64,000 nt of DNA from the IMG/VR virus record IMGVR_UViG_3300025121_000282, positions 186,001 to 250,000 of that record. One strand, written 5' to 3'. The translations under genes were made by a program, and so were the position numbers. Positions within the stretch are counted from its first letter, which is position 1. Each line of letters starts with the position of its first letter. The notes beneath the pieces are model-generated. The model made no database searches. It saw nothing but the letters and a program-made list of their open reading frames with translations, and was not told where the DNA came from. Of the stretch, positions 53,101-61,268 are shown piece by piece.

Positions 53101-53841
53101 ACTGCCGTGTATGTTAGCTGGCTCGTCTGTTTTGTGGTGTACTTTTTGGCCCCCAAGCTTGTGCACACCCTCTATACCTTCCCAGAATTTTCTCCCGTCC
53201 TCATAATAATACCACTGGACGTTAGATGTTATAGTTTCTTCTGTTTGTAAATCCACTTCTTCTTCAAACAGGTATGTAAGTTTGTATATAGTGTGTGCCG
53301 GTTTGATTAATGTGAGTACCTGTTTTAGAGTGTCGTCTATTTGACTGTTTGAGAGTTCTACACCGTCAATCTCTATGTCAAATGTAAACTGGTCGGAAAT
53401 GTCGTATGTACTATTTTTGTACCTCTCCCGTATTTGTACACTTCCAGAAAGTATTAGTTCCAGACCAGAACCAATACTTTCTTTTTTAGACCCTTGTAGC
53501 AACAACTTGAATAATGACATTAAAAACGCATTAAATTCGTCATCAGACATTGCTTTATTTGGTACATCGCCCTTAAATAGGTATACCCCCAAAAATTGCC
53601 ATAAAAACTCAGGCCTCACTTGAGTAAGGTTATTATCTTGTCTAATCTTGTCTAGTTTTATTTTGATCCTAGCTATTTCTCTGGCTATAGTGGACAGGTA
53701 CAAACCATAGTTTGTGGATGGAATTGCAGACCTATACTCTGATGGCAAAACCGCCATCAGAGACTGGAGTACTATCTTGGACTCGTCTCTGAGCAGAATA
53801 TCATACTTTTGCCCTGACTCTATTAGGTCCATACCTGCCAT
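50137..53841 (-). CDS. baseplate wedge protein (P2 gpI-like N-terminus) with beta-rich lectin-like C-terminal domains
   Basis: Follows gpJ-like gene; LWQFLG...LKQVLTLIKPAHT motif; 1234 aa. Confidence 0.7.
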   Translation of the reverse strand: MAGMDLIESGQKYDILLRDESKIVLQSLMAVLPSEYRSAIPSTNYGLYLSTIAREIARIKIKLDKIRQDNNLTQVRPEFLWQFLGVYLFKGDVPNKAMSDDEFNAFLMSLFKLLLQGSKKESIGSGLELILSGSVQIRERYKNSTYDISDQFTFDIEIDGVELSNSQIDDTLKQVLTLIKPAHTIYKLTYLFEEEVDLQTEETITSNVQWYYYEDGRKFWEGIEGVHKLGGQKVHHKTDEPANIHGSTITPRGRILTNSAGTQLAQSADVIVTVNGDEVEVSDVYPTVPGIVLSDAPPINAEILVSYYWVQYTNIPFARLNDPNFVLNSLNGSGYPNHLIDVTDTEEDFGVVHTGSVEEPEEVYHAYHMVCKENSAVLNDPTSLLLNMRSKEDPSSLWDAPEHSVIQYEGDALPSSPWTDGGSGGLITVGNGALTLTSTPLSNRYWSAPLPDQDFSTSVVFRIKLTNVASNGAFSGFSVIVTNGIKAAVCNIRELPALLTTGDELSEGSWTHNGLEVDTSTFHTYRLSWDYEESVSLYVDEMLVATLLWSGLPKVSELNYTKQHTTPCVMFGSFDYVANGVSEWQFVRAYTKPEGIRTPVRFKKYLWDPTTTLSDDWAESNTWGVESNSDETSRIYSYGDTGLSSPYHFTRTEIGCGVVVVETQIGVIASSETQFQVAHISNGLYSVDLFLKLVRLEEVNTKWGWVGDSLLEDVGCTLQTFGGGIISNLENESQSVYTPSGSSFGYTMATWNPAWTEVVSFCLSINDVSTSPNVYFVISNALETLRVKFVYDNGKKIQVYVQDVILVGEYAVDWSLQHTYDVIFKDNNDILVQIDGSTACTTQVSSVSNGEYIQVGCDGTTNSEGITVNLSRITVVPTPPSTVIPGIKTGDSEILWALNEINSIGDILFKIGMDFEVATLHVNGGLVEWENGDFYLNNLFIDSSRVSVGLGSYDTENVLILDVKSLRYLLHPGFDSEESPGKNVLNSFNIQPDPSHLYTKTAHTHPVSDEFLASMSTSMDTWTVLNGRFPIVPVSQSGGVTLEELDLDLDYAFNKTSSKQYLEISANKILIHSFPSSALYLDVDHYHTSDGKLENVLFPASDYFGIISLSVDNPVQTDTYVFPTQGYDSEYMLFNSVGTFNAGAFGPVKNFVKHVLDLLFEDAVTKDISESFVSFVSFRLFSVDESVFNNQPQDGLDNPGGYTEVSPGSLFNTSFRFSSPAAVSETVDLIGYIS

Positions 53842-53925
53842 ACCCCGGTAAGTAGGTACGGGAACAAATTCCCGTTGTGATTATACACAGCTATGCGGTT
53901 GACCTCACACGACCTTTGTTTTTGA

Positions 53926-56900
53926 TTAAGAGGTCTGTTCATTTACACACGCCATACGTATCAAAGAAAACATCGCTCTCTCTATACTGGACACTCCTAT
54001 GTCCCTGGCCCCTGTAGACCCATAAACTGAATAGGTTGCTTCAAACATATAATCAGTGGGTATCTCGTTGGTTGGTATTGCTACCAAAACTCTATTTGCA
54101 GTCCTCAGTTTTCTTTCTATCTGCCTGTCTGCATCAGTGCTAAACCCAGCCAATGTTAGAGTGGCATCATCAGAATAGCCTGCCAATGACGCCCCATCAG
54201 ACCCTATAATAAATGCCCCATTTACGGTTCCACTGATTTCTGTCGCCGAGTCTATGCCGTGTGTGGTCATCGGCTGTGTCTCTTTAAACACCCCCACTGG
54301 CTGGGTTATCCAGTTTCCACCATGGTCCGAGGTTGGGTACTGTAAAGGTGATGTAAACAAGTACACACTAGTGTTGTATGTAGACTCTTCCACCAAGTGC
54401 ACAAACCCAGTACTGTCAGTTTTGCTATGCACCAATTCTGCCACTACAAGTGTGCCATCGGCTCGGGTCAGTCTGGCGAGCGGTACCACAACTTTATCCA
54501 CGCCTATGGCAGAGCCTATGGCTGTAATAACATCAGACTGGTCTAAAGAGACTCCTGGACGTTTACTTTCCTGCAGTCTCCCTAAAGCCGTTCTTATGTT
54601 TATGTCTGCTTGCACTGGATCAAATTTAGGCACAAGTACCACTGTGGCCTCTACGTCCACCCACGCACTTAGATTCTCTTTTATTATGACGTCAGCGGTA
54701 GCATGCTTTTTTAAATTAGTTGCGGCATTAATTCTATCAATTATTCTGTTGGTGACGTATGTTACAGTAAAATTCTCGTCGTGGGCATAGTCAACATAAA
54801 CCACTCCTCCATCTGGTATGCTTCCAGATGCGACCCTGGTTATTGTTGTGTAGTCTGACACGGACACGGCGCTCGTTATAGTGTAATCTTCCCCCAATGT
54901 GTATTCTACTTCACCACCCGCGTCCTCGTATACAGCTACACTACTTGGGTTTATACCAAATTGATCAAGCCTTAGTGGAATCACACCTAGCAGGGTGTGA
55001 TTTTCTTTTGCTACTAGTAGCGGGTCTCCACTGGGCATCCAGGTATTACCACTTAGTATTCTATTAATCTGAACCCTATCATTGGACCCTGATGACCTTC
55101 CAATGGTGCGTGGGTCTGCGTCTGCTATAAAGTCAAAGTGTGTACCCTCTACGAGTAGCCCGGAAACATCTCCAACTAGGGTCACTACTGACCTAGCAGG
55201 TTGGGTTTTTAGCACATAAGCAGAATTCAACTGAAACGCATAATCTATTCGTACTACATCATCTGGATTGTAATCAATTTGGTTCAATGCATCCGGATTC
55301 AGCTTGATCTGGTTGTATAACACATCGGGGTAAGTTAAAACCCCAGTTAATACAAATCTCTTGCCTGTGGTTACATTGTATGCCCCAAGACCCCTGTCCA
55401 CATCATCAATAACTTGTTTTATGGGGCTATTTTGGGTCAGCCTACTATCATTTAAAGTAAACAACAGGTCTTGTGATTCCCCAACAAATGTGGCCAGTAC
55501 TTTTCTTCCTTCCCCAAAGTTAAATGCAAATGTTTCTGTTACTACATCTAATTCTTCCCCACATACCCACACATCTACTTTACCACCAACATGCTTTTCG
55601 CGTATTGGGTCCCAATCTCTAAACATAGACGGGTGTTGGGCATCCACAACTTCCACGTCAGTAACCCCAGAAATTCTAGCGGTCTGCTCGTAACCATTCT
55701 TTGTTCCTGAGTCTACTGCCAACCCAAGCAGCGACCGTTCTGCTAAACTTAAATTATTTTCATTTTCTTCACCATAGGCTATAGCAAGGTCATTGGTTAC
55801 CCTTAATGAACCAAACCCATACCCCGGTTTATTTACTCTGTTGGGCGGTTTATTTCCTACTTTGCCACTTACTCTAGCGATAATTTGTATAGACCCTGTT
55901 TGCCATACACCAGAGCTTGGGTCGTAGTAATCGTCTACCTCACCCGTGGCAGTAAACCCACCTACAACTGTATACTCAACAGTGGCCGAAGACTCGACCG
56001 AAGACTCACTATATACCTTTGACCCGGGTCTCACTGTTAATGAATTTAGGGAGACCGGCCTAGCGGTGGTCCATGCCCTGACATTTCCCTTTGCAAACTT
56101 GGGGCCCTGTCTGGTCACATTATAGTTAGAAGCCAGAGACTCAAACGAAAGGTCTATTATTCTTTGTACATCAGAATCGGTTTCTAACTTTAAAGCGGCC
56201 TTTAGTCCTATTTTGTAAGCATTGAGTGATACGGGGTCAGACACCCCGTCACCATCTGTGTCGTCAATGCCCAACAGTGTAGAAAACGATTTGGACCTAT
56301 GCGTGAAGTCAGCTAGAAAATGTATTCTTTCAAATTCTGACGCAAACGGGTCTATAAGCACTGTTCTATTAACAGACCCGGGTATGAGTGATACATCGGG
56401 CTGTTTTTGCATTATGTTTGTTATTATGGATTTGACTATGCCATCAAATTGGTCTACACTTATTTGACTGTAGTTGCTGCTAATTGCAATAGGTATACCT
56501 GAGAGTTCGTAAGACAGGGGACTTTCTATGTACTGGTGGGTGGCACTATCCCACGCTACGGAAGTACACACATAAAACAGCGGATTTCCGGGTGGTACTA
56601 AACTAAGTATGTCGGAGTTTAAGGTGCCATTTGACACCGTTGTCAATCTGTTATGATTAAACAAAAACACATCAGTAGTCAACACAGACACTAAGGTCAG
56701 GGTGGCTTTAATGCTACCATCCACATTTGTAACATCGAGTGTGGAGTCTATAATATTTTCCGAAATGTCTCCGTTACTGTTGGATGGTCCTACTTTTACA
56801 GATACACTCTCAGTAGATGTAATAACAGAAGAGACAGTGTCCAATTCTGTCTCTACAGACTCTTGGAAAGATACTTCAGTGACTAAGTCTTTGTTAAGTT

Positions 56901-57366
56901 TTAGGTACTTTCCTTTAGTGTCTGTGGATGCATAAAAATTATACCCTATAACTCCCGACTCCGGACTTTTGGACACTAACAGGTCAACAGAGTCTCTGTG
57001 TCTGCGAATTTTGAACCCAGTAGGTGGGGACAAAATAACGCCCAAGTTGGACGGATTAACCCGATGTATGTTTAAGGTGGTGGAAAATTTTACTTTTCCA
57101 AGCCCATCAGTGGTTCTAATCTCTAGTGTGTTCAGCCCACTTTGTAGAGGTATACCACTTTGTAAGTAAGATGGGTCTGGTATTACAAAATTGGGGTCGT
57201 CATAGTACACCATCCCATAAGAGGTCCAGCCCGACGAGTTTATACTTACCTGAACCAGAGCCGTACCTGCAGGTACGGCTCCAGATATGGAGATGGACTC
57301 TTTATTTGTAGTGAAAGAATGTGGTGACAAGACACCACTGTTAGGTGAATTTATGACAATGCTCAT
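53926..57366 (-). CDS. baseplate J / T4 gp6-like wedge protein with N-terminal Ig/FN3-like extension
   Basis: PGSVNR..IDP, VTR..AKG.V, ENENN..LAER, GT..GY...SGV.DV, GGKVDVWV. Confidence 0.85.
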   Translation of the reverse strand: MSIVINSPNSGVLSPHSFTTNKESISISGAVPAGTALVQVSINSSGWTSYGMVYYDDPNFVIPDPSYLQSGIPLQSGLNTLEIRTTDGLGKVKFSTTLNIHRVNPSNLGVILSPPTGFKIRRHRDSVDLLVSKSPESGVIGYNFYASTDTKGKYLKLNKDLVTEVSFQESVETELDTVSSVITSTESVSVKVGPSNSNGDISENIIDSTLDVTNVDGSIKATLTLVSVLTTDVFLFNHNRLTTVSNGTLNSDILSLVPPGNPLFYVCTSVAWDSATHQYIESPLSYELSGIPIAISSNYSQISVDQFDGIVKSIITNIMQKQPDVSLIPGSVNRTVLIDPFASEFERIHFLADFTHRSKSFSTLLGIDDTDGDGVSDPVSLNAYKIGLKAALKLETDSDVQRIIDLSFESLASNYNVTRQGPKFAKGNVRAWTTARPVSLNSLTVRPGSKVYSESSVESSATVEYTVVGGFTATGEVDDYYDPSSGVWQTGSIQIIARVSGKVGNKPPNRVNKPGYGFGSLRVTNDLAIAYGEENENNLSLAERSLLGLAVDSGTKNGYEQTARISGVTDVEVVDAQHPSMFRDWDPIREKHVGGKVDVWVCGEELDVVTETFAFNFGEGRKVLATFVGESQDLLFTLNDSRLTQNSPIKQVIDDVDRGLGAYNVTTGKRFVLTGVLTYPDVLYNQIKLNPDALNQIDYNPDDVVRIDYAFQLNSAYVLKTQPARSVVTLVGDVSGLLVEGTHFDFIADADPRTIGRSSGSNDRVQINRILSGNTWMPSGDPLLVAKENHTLLGVIPLRLDQFGINPSSVAVYEDAGGEVEYTLGEDYTITSAVSVSDYTTITRVASGSIPDGGVVYVDYAHDENFTVTYVTNRIIDRINAATNLKKHATADVIIKENLSAWVDVEATVVLVPKFDPVQADINIRTALGRLQESKRPGVSLDQSDVITAIGSAIGVDKVVVPLARLTRADGTLVVAELVHSKTDSTGFVHLVEESTYNTSVYLFTSPLQYPTSDHGGNWITQPVGVFKETQPMTTHGIDSATEISGTVNGAFIIGSDGASLAGYSDDATLTLAGFSTDADRQIERKLRTANRVLVAIPTNEIPTDYMFEATYSVYGSTGARDIGVSSIERAMFSLIRMACVNEQTS

Positions 57367-57389
57367 GCTAATTCTGTCCCATAGAGAAA

Positions 57390-58463
57390 TTACCCGATTC
57401 TCATAGCACCATCAGTGCCACTCAAAAGTGGCAACTCCAGCATGGACCTCACTAAAGATGTTTTGAATGTCACTGGAGTGTTTCTTCTGCTCTTCAAACC
57501 TATGGCAATTCGGATAATGGTGGGGTCGTTTGCATCAAGTTTTACTGATATACCCTCTATTCTAAAAAGATACTCTCCGTCAGACACATACTGCACTCTT
57601 TCCTGCTGTTTTTTTATAGACTGTAATTTTTGTAAAACCTGAGAGATCTCAGACATAAGTCTTAAGTCTAAAGAAGCGTGGTATTTCTCTCCAATAACAG
57701 ACATAATTTGAGTGCCGTACCACGAGTGGAATCGGTTGGTCCCCCTCATAGTCAAGACAACATTTCTGGCTTCTTGCAGTAACAGTGCCTCTTCTTCTAT
57801 AGTTACGATTTCTCCACTTTCGTTATACCTCCAGTCGTTCTCCAGCCTAAGGCCAAAACACCTTCTGCAAGATTTTGCGGGAGTAACGTAGCTACACTCT
57901 ACTTTTACCCCTTGGCCAAAGAGGTTTCTTAAATCTTGCAAAAACACAATTTTTCTGTATTCGTCGAATAACCTAGAATCGTCGTCCACCACATTCCATG
58001 GTGGACACCAAACCGAACCTGTCACCATTCTATTGTTAGGTAATCCCAATTCTTCGTGAACCGCAGAACTTCCAAATCCTATGGAAGCTGCAGCACCCAA
58101 CTCTCTGGAGCGTATGCACAACTTGTTATTTGGTGCAGAAATGTGGATAGGTATTGACAACAATGACTGTCTTAACTTATTCAAGTCATAAGAACCGAGT
58201 ACCAACCGAAGGGTGTATTCTTCCCCATTTACTGTTAGGGACAAATCAGAAGAAGAGCTTATGGTTATAGGGAAGGTTTTGTTTGTGTCCCATTTGGCAG
58301 GTAGCATTAAACCACCCTGAGGCACATGTACATCGTTGACGTATACATCGTTGACAGAAGAGGGCGGGTAGGGTAACAAGCACTCGGTGCCATCTACAAG
58401 TTCAAGTTCATCTCTAAAAACTGAGTGTGGACAGGCATTCAATAAGTTAAAATCAAAGCTCAT
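57390..58463 (-). CDS. gp25/gpW-like baseplate protein with N-terminal extension
   Basis: C-terminal LLQE...LT.RG.N.FH.WYGT.I...IG...DPT.I.I.I pattern; upstream of gpJ. Confidence 0.75.
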   Translation of the reverse strand: MSFDFNLLNACPHSVFRDELELVDGTECLLPYPPSSVNDVYVNDVHVPQGGLMLPAKWDTNKTFPITISSSSDLSLTVNGEEYTLRLVLGSYDLNKLRQSLLSIPIHISAPNNKLCIRSRELGAAASIGFGSSAVHEELGLPNNRMVTGSVWCPPWNVVDDDSRLFDEYRKIVFLQDLRNLFGQGVKVECSYVTPAKSCRRCFGLRLENDWRYNESGEIVTIEEEALLLQEARNVVLTMRGTNRFHSWYGTQIMSVIGEKYHASLDLRLMSEISQVLQKLQSIKKQQERVQYVSDGEYLFRIEGISVKLDANDPTIIRIAIGLKSRRNTPVTFKTSLVRSMLELPLLSGTDGAMRIG

Positions 58464-59140
58464 GCCACACTCCCACCCATACCTGAGGTACTGTCGCCAG
58501 CAATGGTGCCTGCATTTAAATCCGAACCAGCCCTCGGAAATGAGGGGTCACTCATTACGATTTCAACTTGAGCCACCAAACTTTGTATAGACCTAGAACC
58601 GTCTACTTTAGTGAGGTCTTTTATTTTCGATTGTATAGAAACAAGTTTATCAGAATAGTCTATTGCTTTGAGTATTTTATACTCCCATCTACCCAATTTA
58701 GACTTGATAGATGGCAAGAAAAATTCTTTGAGTTCATAGACTGCTACAGCGGCATACGTGTCATTGTGCACCCGAACGTCTTTTTCAGAGCCGTCTTTAT
58801 TTACCAACATAGCCGGCGTGTCAGCATCACCCTGGGTATAACTCTGTGGAATTTTGGGGTCATAAATTGCAGGTATATCAAGGTCTAGTGGGTTGCCACC
58901 ATTTCGTTTATAATGCTCTATCAGTTGGGCAAGCCGGGTGCCCGGGGCCACGACCAAACGTGACAGCTTTTTCGTGGTGGGGTCGCGTTCCGTTTTTAGT
59001 ATTGTACCGTTTGCAGCCAGTTCTACAGTAGTCCAAATCATTATACCATTTAGTTCTATCTCTCTGTTGCCAATGTATGCTCTTAGTAACAGGTACTCTT
59101 CTAAAGTAAATGCGCCGGAAAAGTGTAGTGATGACGACAT
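58460..59140 (-). CDS. structural-operon hypothetical protein
   Basis: 226 aa, coupled within the baseplate operon. Confidence 0.75.
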   Translation of the reverse strand: MSSSLHFSGAFTLEEYLLLRAYIGNREIELNGIMIWTTVELAANGTILKTERDPTTKKLSRLVVAPGTRLAQLIEHYKRNGGNPLDLDIPAIYDPKIPQSYTQGDADTPAMLVNKDGSEKDVRVHNDTYAAVAVYELKEFFLPSIKSKLGRWEYKILKAIDYSDKLVSIQSKIKDLTKVDGSRSIQSLVAQVEIVMSDPSFPRAGSDLNAGTIAGDSTSGMGGSVA

Positions 59141-59143
59141 ACT

Positions 59144-61147
59144 TTATCCAGCCGCACCCAAAATTAAATCCCACAAAGGCTTAATAGCAGCAAAGCTTGG
59201 GCCGCCGTACAGTATGGTTATCCCAGCAGTGTATGCATTTGGGTCGGGTTGGATGGCATCTGACCTTTCATCGGGGTTGTCCGATGGTGCACCCACGCCC
59301 TCTTGCACCTTATTTAGAAAGTCATTTGTGCTGTTTGCTTGGTCCACATACACCAAGTAAAAGCCGCCCCTTAAATTCAGAATTTCCAGTATAATGTTCT
59401 CAATCATTTTAATTAATGATTCGAGTTTCTCTATTTTATGGTCCAACATGTCTATTGTAGCAATGATGTCCTTAATAGTGGAATCATAAGCCTCCATGAG
59501 AGCTTTTAATTCTGAAATAAGAGCATTTAAAAGTTCAGAAACTGGTGGTAAGAATTCTCTTAGTGGTCTTATGGTACTCCAATTCGGCTCAACACCGGAG
59601 ACCACGCCATACTTAAGTATTTTTCTGAGAACAGTGTCTATGAATACCCTGTCAACACCGCCTACTGCGTCGTCTGAAATACCTAGGCTACCTCTCAAAT
59701 TTCCACCAAGTAATGACCCCTCATCTCCAGGTCCTTGCCACCTTTCTATGCTGTCAGCAGAATCGGTATACAATTTTTCGATCATAGACCACGTACCTGG
59801 AAGTCGGTACAAAGCGGCCATGATGTCAGCTTCCAAACGACCTTTATCAGCTTTGACTACAGCAGCCATGCCATTAGCTACACTGGTGTTCCACTGTAAA
59901 GCACTGGTTTTGGCTATACTCGACCTGACATTTGTGTTGTTGTCTGTAACATTATTAATAGCCGCTACAGCATACTGATAACCTCTATAATTGCCTGTTA
60001 GCCCACCTTTTTCTTCCACTTCTAAAAGACAGGGTGCAGAAACATTAAATCCGGCCCACAATATCCTGGATACCAGTACTCTTATGTCGGCTATTTTTTT
60101 AGAGGGTATAGTTATAGACACTGGGTACGAGGGTGAACCAAGGATTCCGCCCTCAATAGTTAATTTTCCATTAGGGTCCACTGTGTACATAGGGGACCCA
60201 GACTTGGCCCTAACACGGTAGTAATATGTTTTTACTTCTGTGTCTGCAGGGGAGAGAGTTGCGTCTTTGTCCACGTAGGTATACGCATTTGTTAAAAAAC
60301 CCATGATGCCCGTGGAAACGTCTACTTGGTCTACGTCTCCGGTTGGGGCAATGTTTTCTATGACGTCAAAATACCTTACTACAGACCCAAATTTGTCAGT
60401 ACCCACCCACTGGTTAATATTAGCGCCCGGTACCTCGTCTGGGCTATCAGCGGGTCCGTAGGTATACTTACTATCACTTATTTTTGTTACAATGTACGGG
60501 AGGCCATTAGGGTACCTGGATCGCTCGACCTGCCACTCGGTAATCCCACCAAACCCCTGCCACTGGATCATAACCTCTGGATTGGGGTCAAAACTGTCAA
60601 GTAACCTGAGAATGGGTACCCCTCCCCTGTGCATTTTCACTGTCACCGGATTAGGAGCAGGCAGGCTTAGTTTTTTGTTTATACCAAACAGCTTTAATAG
60701 AGACAGTATGGCTTCCATCACAGTAGCAATGTTTCCACTGTCCGCTACTAGAACGAACCCACCAACGTTTGCATTAGACGAAAACTGGGGCCTATTGGGG
60801 TCATTCACATCTTCAAGTGACAATATTACAGTGTTTAAAAAGTTGTCTATGCCACCTTTTACATTCGAGTAACTGTTATCAGCCCCGGCTTCTGGCAGTA
60901 CCAACAGGGAATAAACACCTGCTTGGTCCAGGTCATTTAAAATTTGTTCTATAGCGGCCACAGCTATTTGAAGGGCTGTTCTTATCGGATTTCCTAAGTC
61001 TAGTAAGAACGCCTTTATTACTCTTAATACATTTCGTACAGCGCCAGTAAAAGCAAGTATGGAATCAAATGTATCAGTTACTGTTTCTATAGCTTCTCTA
61101 GCTACTAGAAGGTCCTCTATGGCTATACTTTTCCATTTCGCTGGCAT
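59144..61147 (-). CDS. structural-operon protein with coiled-coil termini and FN3-like middle
   Basis: 667 aa; YYYRVRA, WQVERS. Confidence 0.8.
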   Translation of the reverse strand: MPAKWKSIAIEDLLVAREAIETVTDTFDSILAFTGAVRNVLRVIKAFLLDLGNPIRTALQIAVAAIEQILNDLDQAGVYSLLVLPEAGADNSYSNVKGGIDNFLNTVILSLEDVNDPNRPQFSSNANVGGFVLVADSGNIATVMEAILSLLKLFGINKKLSLPAPNPVTVKMHRGGVPILRLLDSFDPNPEVMIQWQGFGGITEWQVERSRYPNGLPYIVTKISDSKYTYGPADSPDEVPGANINQWVGTDKFGSVVRYFDVIENIAPTGDVDQVDVSTGIMGFLTNAYTYVDKDATLSPADTEVKTYYYRVRAKSGSPMYTVDPNGKLTIEGGILGSPSYPVSITIPSKKIADIRVLVSRILWAGFNVSAPCLLEVEEKGGLTGNYRGYQYAVAAINNVTDNNTNVRSSIAKTSALQWNTSVANGMAAVVKADKGRLEADIMAALYRLPGTWSMIEKLYTDSADSIERWQGPGDEGSLLGGNLRGSLGISDDAVGGVDRVFIDTVLRKILKYGVVSGVEPNWSTIRPLREFLPPVSELLNALISELKALMEAYDSTIKDIIATIDMLDHKIEKLESLIKMIENIILEILNLRGGFYLVYVDQANSTNDFLNKVQEGVGAPSDNPDERSDAIQPDPNAYTAGITILYGGPSFAAIKPLWDLILGAAG

Positions 61148-61268
61148 TCTGCCTCTTTACGCTTCTGAATCAAATTCTGTTTTACAACTTCCAGAGCATC
61201 TCTTATACTTGTCAGGTGTTTTATTAGAGGTCCAGTGAACTGACTAGCCTCTACTTTTATAAATTTGT

